Notes: generated by a model not told the origin, from the sequence alone. Counted from the first letter of the stretch, positions 9,783 through 19,743 are shown. The stretch is 47,690 bases of DNA from Bdellovibrionota bacterium (GCA_041739995.1 JBGSMV010000058.1:1-47690); one strand, 5' to 3'. Translations and numbers: made by a program.

Positions 9783-10952
9783 TTATGCCGCTGCCTTGGG
9801 ATTGTTCTGGGATTCGCCTGACTGAGGACTCCTTTGAGATGCGCGGCCGTTCTCCTCATTGCTGCTCACATGGTGTGGGGCGTGCTCATTTGAATGAGTG
9901 CTGTTTCGTGAGCGGGCATGTCTCGGTTCGGGGTGGACCTCGATTGTTCCGTGACTGCGAGGGTCGCCTGCGTCAGTTGTATCCGACCCCATCCCAAACC
10001 ATTCAAGGGCGAGCCTTAGCGCAGATTTTTTGGGGGTCTGAAACGAAATTAGCTTTCGAATAGTTTGAGTCTCAGAGAGTAGCAGCAACTGATCTCTATC
10101 AGATTTCTCTTCAAGTCTCTCGAGGCGTTTTTGCAGCCAGTCGCGCTGTTGTTTTAGATCTCTAATCTCATCTTCTCGCATACTTAAAATCCGCTCCTGA
10201 AGATCTAGTACATGGCGGAGCTTACGATTCTCTGCGCTCAGTTGTTCGAGGACTTGCTCTGAAGCGAAAGTCTGGGGAACCACTTGTAATGGCGTCGGCG
10301 AAGCAGGAGTGGTGCTTGGTATATCAATAGAGCTGGGGCTCTTAGTGCTGTTAGAAGTGCTTGCTTGCGAAGATTCGGGAGTGCTTGTGTTGTCGTGTGA
10401 AGCCTCTTGGCTCGGCTCAGCGATCCGCGGTGGTGTCTCCTTCGTGAGAGGGGAGGCGTTCTCCGATTTTGAGAGGCTAGGCTCAACAGTGCGTAGCTCC
10501 TCAGAGGGGTTTGTCGTGGAGACGTTCGCAGGTGAGGGGACTGCCGCCGTTTTTTCGGTACGAGTTCGCCCTAAGAGTTCGAAAAGGCTAGAGATGCGTG
10601 GGCTACTTTGCGAGAAGCTCGAAGCGGTTGGTTCTGAAAAGCTTGGGGTAGTGGGACTGGACTTTTCTTCCGTCGAGGCTGAGCCATTGCTTGGCGTTCG
10701 GTCGCTATGCGCTAGGTCACTGTGTTGCTGGTTACTGTGCTGCTGGTCACTATGCTGCTGGTTACTGTGCTGTCGGTCATAGAGCGCGAGGCCGAAGACG
10801 CTTTGTAGTTCCCGTTTAGAAAAGAGTGGAACACCATCGGAGTCAGAGTCGACGTTCAGGTATCCGACTTGTGCAAAACGTTGCAGGGTGGCGACCGAGA
10901 CACCGCTCAGCGAAGCTGCCTCTGAAGCACTTACCATATCGTGAAAGCCCAT
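9783..10952 (-). CDS. MerR-type HTH protein with Ser/Pro/Thr-rich linker and coiled coil
   Basis: N-terminal VSASEAASLSGVSVATLQRFAQVG HTH, long low-complexity linker, heptad coiled coil near the C-terminus. Confidence 0.7.
   Translation of the reverse strand: MGFHDMVSASEAASLSGVSVATLQRFAQVGYLNVDSDSDGVPLFSKRELQSVFGLALYDRQHSNQQHSDQQHSNQQHSDLAHSDRTPSNGSASTEEKSSPTTPSFSEPTASSFSQSSPRISSLFELLGRTRTEKTAAVPSPANVSTTNPSEELRTVEPSLSKSENASPLTKETPPRIAEPSQEASHDNTSTPESSQASTSNSTKSPSSIDIPSTTPASPTPLQVVPQTFASEQVLEQLSAENRKLRHVLDLQERILSMREDEIRDLKQQRDWLQKRLERLEEKSDRDQLLLLSETQTIRKLISFQTPKKSALRLALEWFGMGSDTTDAGDPRSHGTIEVHPEPRHARSRNSTHSNEHAPHHVSSNEENGRASQRSPQSGESQNNPKAAA
10700..10774. repeat. 15-bp tandem repeat x5 encoding QQHS(N/D)
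   Basis: ggtcactgtgttgct / ggttactgtgctgct / ggtcactatgctgct and related units. Confidence 0.85.
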
Positions 10953-11128
10953 AGTCTCCTCCGCTTACCGCAGGCCCCCTAAAATAGGCCCCTGTAACAG
11001 GTCGTTATCCTGGCGAAACTCCACGCGAGTTCGCCTTCGATCGCGTAGATTTAAGTCAGTTAAAACAATGGTACAGAGTGCAGTTGCGTGCAAGCAAAAA
11101 GCGCCAATATCTAGGGCCTAAATGCTTG

Positions 11129-12625
11129 TCACGGCGAGGCCGGAGGGCCTTTAAACGCGCGAAGTTGGAGCTGGCTGGTCGACCCTGGAGCCCCAGCAGA
11201 AAGCCCGCCGATAACCACTGCGCGAGTGCCAGCTGAAAAGGCAAAGCGACTTTGGATTACCTCAAGGGCGCTATCGATCTCAGCAGCCTCGGCGCCAGGA
11301 GAGTCCGCGGGCTGTCCGCCCCGCTTCGAGGGAAGTCGAACCGGAACTACGCCCCAAAAAATCGACATCAGTTGCAGAGCAGTCTCTTCGGTTGATACAC
11401 CAAAAAGAGGCTGCTGAGGACGGTACTTGGCCACAAGGCGAGCAGAGCTCCCGGTGTGTGTGCAGGCGATAATAGCACCCGCACCAACTTTAATCGCTGC
11501 CGCGCATGCCGCGTATGAAATCGCATCGGGAACCGTAAGGCGGTCTGAGTCCCTGAGACGAAGTTTAAATTCTTCAAACTCGAAGGTGCGTTCTGCTTCT
11601 TGAGCAATTTTTCCGAGGTAGGTGACACATTCAAGCGGGTGTTCGCCGATTGCGGTTTCTTCTGAGAGCATCACCGCGTCTGCACCGCTCATTACGGCGA
11701 ACGCGATGTCTGACACTTCAGCACGGGTAGGACGAATTGAAGTGATCATGGAGTGCAACATTTGGGTTGCTACGATGACGGGGATCCCGCGGAAATTAGC
11801 CTGTTCGATCAGGCGTCGTTGAACGAGCGGAACTTGTTCCAGTGGGAGTTCGAGCCCTAGGTCACCGCGGGCAACCATCACCCCATCGGAGGCGTCGAGA
11901 ATCTCTTCGATATTGTCGAGTGCGGTGCGACGCTCAATTTTTGCGATCAGCCGTATGGGGCTCGATCGCTGCTTTAAAACTTCTCGTAGCATCAGCAGGT
12001 CTTGGGCGTTTTGAACGAATGAAATCGCCACAAAGTCGACACCGTTTGCGATCCCCCAATCAAGGTCTCGCATGTCCTTCTCTGTGGTTGCAGGAAGATC
12101 GATATTGCTGTCTGGAAATGCGATTCCAACGCGCGACCGAATGCGACCGCCCTTGCGAACAGAGCAGACGACGACGTCTTTAGATACAGATTCCGTAATC
12201 AGTTCGATAATCCCATCGGCCAGCAGTACATGATGTCCGGGTTGCAGGGAGGTGCAAGGATTAACTGTCTCAACGTAGATCCGAGACGCATTTGATAGTG
12301 GAGATTTGCCCGCGTTCTTGGTAGCGAAGGCTAGCTCGATCTTTGAGCCATCTGGAACGACGGCGTAGTCGCCTTCGACGTTAGAAATTCGTATTTTTGG
12401 GCCAGAGAGATCTTGGAGAACGCCGACGGGCATATCAAGTTCTTGCGAGAGCCGACGAATACTCTGCAGCACTTCAAGGTGTTCGTCTCCTGTACCGTGA
12501 GAAAAATTCAAGCGGAATACGTTAGCTCCGGCAGTGATAAGTGCCTTTAGATTTTCAGGGGAGCGCGAGGCCGGGCCGACAGTGGCGACGATTTTGGTCC
12601 TTCGGCGCATAGTAACGCTAGACAT
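11129..12625 (-). CDS. pyk: Pyruvate kinase
   Basis: RRTKIVATVGPAS, RLNFSHG, IAKIER, MVARGDLG, ATQML. Confidence 0.97.
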   Translation of the reverse strand: MSSVTMRRRTKIVATVGPASRSPENLKALITAGANVFRLNFSHGTGDEHLEVLQSIRRLSQELDMPVGVLQDLSGPKIRISNVEGDYAVVPDGSKIELAFATKNAGKSPLSNASRIYVETVNPCTSLQPGHHVLLADGIIELITESVSKDVVVCSVRKGGRIRSRVGIAFPDSNIDLPATTEKDMRDLDWGIANGVDFVAISFVQNAQDLLMLREVLKQRSSPIRLIAKIERRTALDNIEEILDASDGVMVARGDLGLELPLEQVPLVQRRLIEQANFRGIPVIVATQMLHSMITSIRPTRAEVSDIAFAVMSGADAVMLSEETAIGEHPLECVTYLGKIAQEAERTFEFEEFKLRLRDSDRLTVPDAISYAACAAAIKVGAGAIIACTHTGSSARLVAKYRPQQPLFGVSTEETALQLMSIFWGVVPVRLPSKRGGQPADSPGAEAAEIDSALEVIQSRFAFSAGTRAVVIGGLSAGAPGSTSQLQLRAFKGPPASP

Positions 12626-12779
12626 AGAACTGTTCCTTTTTGTTTTATTATCCTCTCGATAGAACCTTTCCCGCTGACTAGCAAGTCAAAGCGCAAACTC
12701 TTCGCCTAGCTGACATGAAACGCGCGCGCAGCCCGCTCGGCGGAAAAGGCTCTTTCCACAACCCTGCTAGCTACTCGAA

Positions 12780-13919
12780 TTAAAAGTCCGGTCCCGGAAG
12801 CGGCAAAAAGCTGCGGTCATGGGCTACCTTCAGTGCGCGAAGTATCTGCTCAGGCGTGGCGGCGCCCTGGTCAAGGAGTAAGAGTAGCTCGCCGGCGAGA
12901 CTTGTTCCTTGCAGGGAAGGGGCATCGGTCGAGAACGTGTACGGGATCTCGAAATCATCGAGGGTGTTAATGATGCGTCCGTACTCTTTTACGTCAGCAA
13001 CGGCGCGAGTGAGCAAATTTGACTTGACGCAAAGTTCGCACGTGAGGTCGCGCTCTTTAAGAAGCTTCAATCCTCGGTCATCTTTGCGATCCCAGTAGGC
13101 ACGGAAAGCGACGATGGGATGCGCAACGCGGTGTGGGTTCAGGGCGACGATGGTGTTGATGAAGGTATCGAGGTCAATGTGCGGCGTTTCTCCGACGTGG
13201 ACCGTTCGACCTATGCCTTCACCCACAGTATCAAAGACTATTTTCATCTCTTCAAGTTTTTTAGGATCGGAAAGCGGATTAATGGATTCGTGGCCCGCCA
13301 GATCAACTCCGATAATCTTGGCGCTTTTTTCTGTCCACTGACGTGCTTTCTCGGCCAGGATCATATTCGCCTCGAACGCCATGTCGCGCCCGAAGCAGAA
13401 GATTAGTCCTGCTTGAATTTTGCCCTTAAAGCCGAGTTCCACCTCTTCCACCGCAGCACAGGCAGAGCGAATGACTCGATCAACATCATAAAGTCCGGCG
13501 TGCTTGCCTTTCAGGAACACGGCGCCAGTACGCTTCATGGGATTGAGACGCAGTTCGATGCGCCCAATACGAAACAGCGGTTCTGGATCTCCGCCTTCAC
13601 CGCCGGGTCCAAGCTCCGCCATGCCGCCGGTTCTATAGGCGCGGTGTAGGGCGATGATTATGCTCTCGCGAACAGCTTGAGGGCCTGACTGAATGAGCTC
13701 TACTCGGTCATAGACTTCCAGGTAGGAGTCTAGATCTTTGACTTCGCCCTCGGTGATTTTGAGGGTTTTAATAAAGTCCTCGTAGCCGTCCCCCATGCCA
13801 CGGATGCCACGTTCCACCGCTATCTCCCAAAGCCGATATAACGGCACTGAGCCTCCAAGGTGCGTATGGATTTCTGTGACGATGCGTGGCCACTTCAGGT
13901 TTCTGGAGGGGGTGTCCAT
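12780..13919 (-). CDS. Adenosine deaminase-like amidohydrolase
   Basis: EIHTHLGGS, GVDLAGHE, TVHVGE, RVAH, CVKSN, STDAP. Confidence 0.85.
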   Translation of the reverse strand: MDTPSRNLKWPRIVTEIHTHLGGSVPLYRLWEIAVERGIRGMGDGYEDFIKTLKITEGEVKDLDSYLEVYDRVELIQSGPQAVRESIIIALHRAYRTGGMAELGPGGEGGDPEPLFRIGRIELRLNPMKRTGAVFLKGKHAGLYDVDRVIRSACAAVEEVELGFKGKIQAGLIFCFGRDMAFEANMILAEKARQWTEKSAKIIGVDLAGHESINPLSDPKKLEEMKIVFDTVGEGIGRTVHVGETPHIDLDTFINTIVALNPHRVAHPIVAFRAYWDRKDDRGLKLLKERDLTCELCVKSNLLTRAVADVKEYGRIINTLDDFEIPYTFSTDAPSLQGTSLAGELLLLLDQGAATPEQILRALKVAHDRSFLPLPGPDF

Positions 13920-14083
13920 ATATTTATGAAATTACTATGCTTTTTAGGAGGCTCAAGGGAGTCCTAGATTTGATTTGAGGGTACACGACAAGCAGGACTT
14001 TGAGAACCTCTCTGAGGCCCCAATTCATCATACGAAGGAGCGACCTCCCTAATCAGAGCGGGGGGCAGAATTAAGAGGTCCAA

Positions 14084-14575
14084 ATGGCAGACTCAAAGAA
14101 GCCCAAATATCTCACCAAGAGCGTACGTTTTGGTACGAAGCTAGTGACCCTCTACAGCATTGACGGCCTTACCTGGTCCAGTAAGCGCCAGGAGCTTACT
14201 GTGATTAAGGAGCGCCTTGAGAACAAGGGCGCACCAATTGCAGAGATTCGCGCAGCGGGGGAGGAAGAAGACTCTAAGGAGAAGTCCAAGGACGCCAAGG
14301 ATGACGAGCCAGTGGTGCTTGGTTCCGATGAAGATGACGATGCTTCTGCAGATGCCAAGTCCGACGCAGATGATAGCGACGAGAAGGACGATGCGGACGT
14401 AGCAGAAGATATGGATCAGATTGATGATGATGACGACGATGATGCAGTCGCAGTTCGGTCTTCGTCAAAATCAACGACCGGAGCACGTGGCAAGCCAACT
14501 CCAAAGGCGCGACCAAAGAAGCCTGCAGTTAAGGCTAAAGCAGTATCCTCGAAGCAGCGCAGACAGGCTGCCTAA
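14084..14575 (+). CDS. Hypothetical protein with acidic middle and basic tail
   Basis: AGAGG RBS; globular-looking N-terminus, Asp-rich tract, Lys/Ala-rich tail. Confidence 0.7.
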   Translation: MADSKKPKYLTKSVRFGTKLVTLYSIDGLTWSSKRQELTVIKERLENKGAPIAEIRAAGEEEDSKEKSKDAKDDEPVVLGSDEDDDASADAKSDADDSDEKDDADVAEDMDQIDDDDDDDAVAVRSSSKSTTGARGKPTPKARPKKPAVKAKAVSSKQRRQAA

Positions 14576-14599
14576 TCCTGACGGAAGTCATTTCTAGTT

Positions 14600-16732
14600 T
14601 TAGATTGCGGGCTTGGGCTCGACTGAGACCGCGCTACTTACCGTAGTGCTTTCAGGGCTGCCTTCTGGAGGATGGCCCGAACTAACAATCTCTCCAAAAG
14701 AAAGCGTCCCGGAAGTTGCGATTGAGAACGAACCGTCCTCGTTTCGCATTGAAAGCAGGGAGCGATCTAACCCTTCTGGGATTTTACCGTTTTCACCTTC
14801 GAATTTCAGAATAAATCCGGACTGCGCCGTAGGAGCAGCCAAGCTGACCTGTATTTTAAGTGGGACTCGAGCCGGCGTACCAGCATATACTATGTACGCA
14901 ATGGCGTTACCTGAGGCAGAAAGATCACCGGTTTCTTCGGGAGTACTACTCTTAAATTCCATAGGGCCTGCTTCTATCCGCTTAGTCCACGGCGGAAGAG
15001 GAATGCCGCGGGCAACTTCTTCATTGGTGCGCTCACGCTGCAGGGGTGACTCGATGATAAGTGACTCAAGCATCGTGATGGAACCTGACCGCTCGATTCT
15101 CGCGTTCACTGTCCTTGAAGCCTCTTGAAGCGAAGGCTGCCATATTTTAAGCGGAATGCGGGTGGGCTTTGCGAGCGCTTCTGTGGCCTCTGTCTGAGCG
15201 GTTACGAGCAGTTTCTTCGATGGGGGTGGAGGAGAGGCCGAAAAGTACAACCAATTTCCAACCCCTAGTACAATGGATCCAAGCACTATTGGAATCATCA
15301 TCTCGAGTGAAGAAAATGGATTGCTCCTTTTCCGCGCGATGTGAACGGGACTCCGACGCGGCTCGTCAGAGGGTGCTGCGGAAGCATGTTCGCTCTGGGC
15401 CGAGCTCGGCGAAGAGACCTGAGGTTCAGTGTGGTTGTCAGAGATGATCTCGACCGATTCGCTTTCCAAAGTCGATTTTGGAGAGGCGCCCGCTTTCTGG
15501 TGGCCATTGTGGGCATTCGTTGGAGCTGTTTGGCTCTCGTCCGCTTTAACGGGAAGTGGAGGTGGAGAGGCATTTCCTTCCAGCACTGCCGGTTCGAGAG
15601 AGAGATCTAGGTCCATGCTGCTTGGAGATTTTGGCGGCAGTGTCGCTGGAGGATCCTTAGGACTCTCCGTTCGCTCAGATGAGGTAGGAGCATTTTCAAA
15701 AGTAAGCGCGTCTTCGGGCGAATCTTGCGGCTCTGCGGCCTTTGTTGATGACCGTCCTGCAGCACCAAACATGGAAGGAGGACGCTTCTCAGTTCCGGAA
15801 TGTCGATCCTGTTGCTTCGACGGCTGTCCCGCCGGCGTCTCGACACTTGTGGTCAGATCCTCTTCGGGCTCAGCTACCCCTTCGAGCACTAGAGATATTG
15901 CGCGCGCAAGGTCGCGATCATGGTTTCCAGGAGAGGTTGGTCGTAACAAATTTGGATCGACCGGCGCGATATCGAGTGGAACCGAAGGATCAACGAGCGG
16001 GGAGATTGATTCAGGCTCCTCGTGCGTCGTCAATTTTGGTTCAACGAGCGAACCTCCACGACTTAGATGGAATACTGCGAGCTCTTCTTCTGAAAGAAGA
16101 TCTAAAGAAATTCCGCCGTTATTCGGGGTTGCAGCATCGGGCACCTCTGCGGTGGCATCAGCTGGCGCGCTCGCTTTGGAAGTGGCGGATTCCGCATCGC
16201 CAGGTGTTTCAAAAGAACTGAGTATATCATCCACACTAGCGTCAGCTTCTAGGTCGAGTGTGTATGTCTTAGGTGTTCTAGCAGCATCTTTCGAGTGGGA
16301 TTTTGTTTCGCCAGAATTAACTTCGAACTCGAAGGAAAACTCGTCATCTTGCTGGATTTCCTCAGCAGGCTCTTCTTGCTCAGTCTCTTCGAGCTCCTCA
16401 TCGCTTGTAGCATTTGAGGCCTCGGCGAGAATTTGCTCAATGAGAGTGTCTCCGTGCGGAGAAGCGTCGGGGCCGCCTCTTCGGATAATAAGTACGCGGG
16501 CGCCAGCTGCGGCGAGTTTTTCGTACGCTTCCGTTAGTTCATCGGAGCTCTCTGCGCTGGAGATAGTCGCGGGAGCGTGCTCAATGATGCGTTGAACTTC
16601 TGGAATAGAAAGGCTCAAGTCCGCGACAAACACGCCCTTGATGCGTTGCAGTGTGCGAGCGGACTCGTCGCCCGCACCCTCGTAGACGAGATCAAATAGT
16701 CCCTCGATGTCGTGAGAATCGACTTGCGACAT
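14600..16732 (-). CDS. Hypothetical single-pass membrane protein with long disordered cytoplasmic region
   Basis: 710-aa ORF with an acidic/Pro-rich linker and one TM segment (MMIPIVLGSIVLGVGNWLYF). Confidence 0.75.
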   Translation of the reverse strand: MSQVDSHDIEGLFDLVYEGAGDESARTLQRIKGVFVADLSLSIPEVQRIIEHAPATISSAESSDELTEAYEKLAAAGARVLIIRRGGPDASPHGDTLIEQILAEASNATSDEELEETEQEEPAEEIQQDDEFSFEFEVNSGETKSHSKDAARTPKTYTLDLEADASVDDILSSFETPGDAESATSKASAPADATAEVPDAATPNNGGISLDLLSEEELAVFHLSRGGSLVEPKLTTHEEPESISPLVDPSVPLDIAPVDPNLLRPTSPGNHDRDLARAISLVLEGVAEPEEDLTTSVETPAGQPSKQQDRHSGTEKRPPSMFGAAGRSSTKAAEPQDSPEDALTFENAPTSSERTESPKDPPATLPPKSPSSMDLDLSLEPAVLEGNASPPPLPVKADESQTAPTNAHNGHQKAGASPKSTLESESVEIISDNHTEPQVSSPSSAQSEHASAAPSDEPRRSPVHIARKRSNPFSSLEMMIPIVLGSIVLGVGNWLYFSASPPPPSKKLLVTAQTEATEALAKPTRIPLKIWQPSLQEASRTVNARIERSGSITMLESLIIESPLQRERTNEEVARGIPLPPWTKRIEAGPMEFKSSTPEETGDLSASGNAIAYIVYAGTPARVPLKIQVSLAAPTAQSGFILKFEGENGKIPEGLDRSLLSMRNEDGSFSIATSGTLSFGEIVSSGHPPEGSPESTTVSSAVSVEPKPAI

Positions 16733-16906
16733 TGCTTCTTCCCGTAGCTTCGCGCGCTACACACCCCTCTCTACTGACTATCGGCATGAGAGGGGCATTT
16801 TCTTTAAGCCTCTGACAACTTTAGCTGCGTTTTACCGACTGTTTAGGCGTGCTCGACTTAGACCGGTATCTGTCTAAGTGTTTGAAAACACTAAAAGTGA
16901 GTTTAT

Positions 16907-18034
16907 ATGGTCGATATTGAGAGAGCCGCCCAAGCCTTAGTTGTCGCCCAGGCACCCGGAATCGATTGGTTATGGCTTACGGAGCTGCTTCAGCGCTCGC
17001 TGGCGAATTCGCCTCAGATCCCCGATCTCCGCGGCCTAATCGCTTCCCAGGTAGCAATGCATCCATCCGCAGTTACTCTGAGCAGGCTATGGGAAGACAA
17101 GCGAGTAATTAGCAAGGCGCGAGAGACGCTAGAAGGTTGTCAAAGTCAGGGGGTAGTGGTGCTGGATTGGGGCTCTTCTGATTACCCGGCATCTCTAAGG
17201 CAGATATTTCGTCCGCCCATGGTGCTGTTCGTACGAAGCAACATTGCTGAGAGTGAAATTCAGTGGAATCCGCATAGCCTTGCCATCGTCGGCTCAAGAA
17301 AGGCGGACTCTTCTGGTCTGCGTATCTCGCATAATCTGGCAAAGGGCAGTGCTCGAGCTGGGATATCAGTAGTCAGCGGCTTGGCGCTGGGCATTGATGC
17401 AGCAGCCCATCGCGGAGCGCTTGATTCGGGGGGAGACGCACCGACCCAGGCGGTCTTGGGACATGGACTTGGGTTTCTCTATCCACGACAGAATTTATTA
17501 CTGGCGGAGCAGATACTTGCGCAGGGTGGAGCATTAATCACTGAATACCCGCTCAATCACCCTCCTATGCCGCATCAGTTCATTGCGCGGAACCGCATCA
17601 TTGCGGGGCTTTCTCGAGCGGTTGTTGTGGTGCAGGCCACGGCCAAGAGCGGATCTCTTGCTACGGCGCGCTTTGCACTCGAACAAGGGAAGGACATTCT
17701 TATCCCTCCGGGAGCCATTGATGATCCCCGCTATGAGGGTTCGAATCGACTTCTGAAAGATGGTGCGACACTAATTACCAGTGCGGACGATGTTCTAGAG
17801 CTGTTTCCCGAAGCGCTTAGAGCAGCCACTTCTGGGCCTGGAGTCACGAGTGATGTGCCTGAAGTGGCGAACATAATCTCATTCATTCGCGGTGAAGGCG
17901 CCGTAACTTTCGAGCAGATTCTCGAGTATTGGAGGGGGGCGGGGCATGCTGAGTCGCTGGATGGCGTGCTGTTAGAGCTTGAATTGTCTGGTCGGCTTGA
18001 ACGACGTCCTGGGCATGTTTTTGCGCTGGTTTAG
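16907..18034 (+). CDS. dprA: DNA-processing protein DprA
   Basis: LAIVGSR, VVSGLALGIDAAAH, FIARNRIIAGLS, SGSLATA, GSNRLLKDGA. Confidence 0.95.
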   Translation: MVDIERAAQALVVAQAPGIDWLWLTELLQRSLANSPQIPDLRGLIASQVAMHPSAVTLSRLWEDKRVISKARETLEGCQSQGVVVLDWGSSDYPASLRQIFRPPMVLFVRSNIAESEIQWNPHSLAIVGSRKADSSGLRISHNLAKGSARAGISVVSGLALGIDAAAHRGALDSGGDAPTQAVLGHGLGFLYPRQNLLLAEQILAQGGALITEYPLNHPPMPHQFIARNRIIAGLSRAVVVVQATAKSGSLATARFALEQGKDILIPPGAIDDPRYEGSNRLLKDGATLITSADDVLELFPEALRAATSGPGVTSDVPEVANIISFIRGEGAVTFEQILEYWRGAGHAESLDGVLLELELSGRLERRPGHVFALV

Positions 18035-18128
18035 CAGCGCGTTTCCGGTAAAAATATGCAAATTCCTGGGCTCCCTTGAGCTTCCCCTCATGTTTGCGGC
18101 ATACTCCCGGCTCGTTTCTCGTTCTTAT

Positions 18129-18205
18129 GGTGGCTGTAGCTCAGTTGGTAGAGCTCCGGATTGTGGTTCCGGAGGTCGCGGGTTCGAGCCCCGTCAGCCA
18201 CCCCA
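18129..18205 (+). tRNA. tRNA-His (GTG) with G-1 and encoded CCA
   Basis: Cloverleaf with gtggctg/cagccac acceptor stem, ccgga ttGTGgt tccgg anticodon arm and GGTTCGAG T-loop. Confidence 0.97.
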
Positions 18206-18306
18206 CCTTCGCGCTGCGCGCTTCGGCGGGGTAAACCCACTTCGCTTCGTGCAGCGCGAAGGTGGCTCCGACGAAGCCCTTCAGGGCGAAGTCGAGCGGG
18301 CAAGCC
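18198..18306 (+). repeat. 109-bp direct repeat copy 1 (tRNA 3' end plus REP-like hairpins)
   Basis: Identical to 21699-21807. Contains the IR ccaccttcgcgctgc (18203-18217) / gcagcgcgaaggtgg (18251-18265). Confidence 0.95.
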
Positions 18307-18371
18307 AATACCCATTCCAATTTTCAAGAAACTTTCTCTCAAAATCTCCGATTAATACATCGGAGATTCAA

Positions 18372-18611
18372 ATGCACATCGTCTACCTATTGCGCAGCCA
18401 GAAAAACCCAAATCGAGTTTATGTCGGTCTATGCGGCAACATGAAAAACCGCCTTGCCGAACATAACGCCGGAGAATGTAAAACGACCACAGAGGCTCGT
18501 CCATGGGCAGTAGATGTCGCCATCTATCTTCGCGATGAAAAGAAGGCACATGCCTTTGAGCGCTACCTAAAAACTGGATCTGGTAGAGCCTTTTCTAAAA
18601 AACATTTTTAG
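18372..18611 (+). CDS. Small GIY-YIG nuclease (79 aa)
   Basis: IVYLL..YVG..RLAEHNAG..T..RPW..FERYLKTGSGRAF; GGAG RBS. Confidence 0.88.
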   Translation: MHIVYLLRSQKNPNRVYVGLCGNMKNRLAEHNAGECKTTTEARPWAVDVAIYLRDEKKAHAFERYLKTGSGRAFSKKHF

Positions 18612-18674
18612 GACCGTCCTTACTTTTCTAACCGTCTGTAATCATTAGTTCGACCCATCCACCCGATTCTTTGT

Positions 18675-18723
18675 TTGACAACCAGCATTCGTATATATTA
18701 TACTTTCAATATATTCTGAAAGT
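18675..18723 (+). promoter_or_regulatory. Sigma70-type promoter with operator palindrome for the GbsR operon
   Basis: TTGACA at 18675, TATACT at 18699; IR ACTTTCA-N8-TGAAAGT at 18702-18723. Confidence 0.65.
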
Positions 18724-18736
18724 TCAGGAACTATAT

Positions 18737-19252
18737 ATGAAGCTCGAAGATGCGAAACAAAAATTCATCCAAATCTGGGGTACGGTCGGAGTCGAATGGG
18801 GCATAAACCGCACTATGGCACAGGTGCATGGTCTTCTTCTCACACGCGAAGAAGCCCTGTCTACGGAAGAAGTCATGGAAGCCTTAGGCGTTTCAAGGGG
18901 CAACGCGAACATGAATCTCCGCGAATTAGTGAACTGGGGACTCGTTTCTCGTGAGACCAAAGCCGGGGACCGAAAGGAGTACTTTATCGCAGAAAAGGAC
19001 ATTTGGGAGGTTGCTCAACGCATCGTCGCTGAACGAAGAAAGCGAGAACTCGATCCACTAATGAAAATGCTAGAGCAGCTTCAAAACGACACAACGATAG
19101 CTCAAGGACAGAACAAGGAAGCGCAATCTTTTAAGAAGCTGATCTCAGATATTCATACACTCGGAAAAAAGAGCAGCAATCTATTAGATCTTGTTTTAAG
19201 GCTTGATCAATCAACTTTTTTTAAACCGCTAATGTCGTTTCTGAAGAAGTAG
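18737..19252 (+). CDS. GbsR/MarR family transcriptional regulator
   Basis: FIQIWG..WGINRTMAQVHGLL, SRGNANMNLREL..WGLV, GDRKEYF. Confidence 0.88.
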   Translation: MKLEDAKQKFIQIWGTVGVEWGINRTMAQVHGLLLTREEALSTEEVMEALGVSRGNANMNLRELVNWGLVSRETKAGDRKEYFIAEKDIWEVAQRIVAERRKRELDPLMKMLEQLQNDTTIAQGQNKEAQSFKKLISDIHTLGKKSSNLLDLVLRLDQSTFFKPLMSFLKK

Positions 19253-19254
19253 CT

Positions 19255-19743
19255 ATGGCAACTATACAAATCACTACATTAATTCATGCTCCGATAGAGA
19301 GAGTATTTGACCTTTGTCGAAGTATTGATGCCCATCAACATTCGACAGCGACTACTTCTGAAGTAGCAGTGGGGGGAATAACAAGCGGATTGATTGGGCT
19401 AGGGGAAGAAGTTGAATGGGAAGCTTGTCATTTTGGAGTGAAGCAAAGACTTTCCGTCAAAATTTCAGCATTCAGCAGACCGAATCACTTTCAGGATGAG
19501 ATGATCAAAGGCGCATTCTCAACAATGAAGCACGACCACTATTTCAGAATGGTAGGTGATGACACCGAGGTAAAGGACGTATTCGAATATAAGGCTCCTC
19601 TTGGTGTGCTTGGTAGAATTGCGGAAAAACTATTTCTCACTCGGTATATGAGAACTTTTTTAATTAAAAGAAATCAGATCCTGAAGCATGTCGCTGAAAC
19701 TGATGAATGGAAAAAGTTTTTAAGTAGTAGTGAAGCTGTATGA
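19255..19743 (+). CDS. SRPBCC family protein
   Basis: IHAPIERVFDL..SIDAH, F.DEM..G.F..MKHDHYF. Confidence 0.85.
   Translation: MATIQITTLIHAPIERVFDLCRSIDAHQHSTATTSEVAVGGITSGLIGLGEEVEWEACHFGVKQRLSVKISAFSRPNHFQDEMIKGAFSTMKHDHYFRMVGDDTEVKDVFEYKAPLGVLGRIAEKLFLTRYMRTFLIKRNQILKHVAETDEWKKFLSSSEAV

Noticed and set aside
15429..16595. 388-aa plus-strand ORF (also 10309-10782 and 30168-30776)
   Set aside because: Antisense shadows of real genes on the opposite strand.
17979..18371. 210-aa ORF 17979-18611 as a single gene
   Set aside because: It runs through the end of dprA, tRNA-His and the hairpin repeat. Only the last 79 codons (GIY-YIG, own RBS) are credible.
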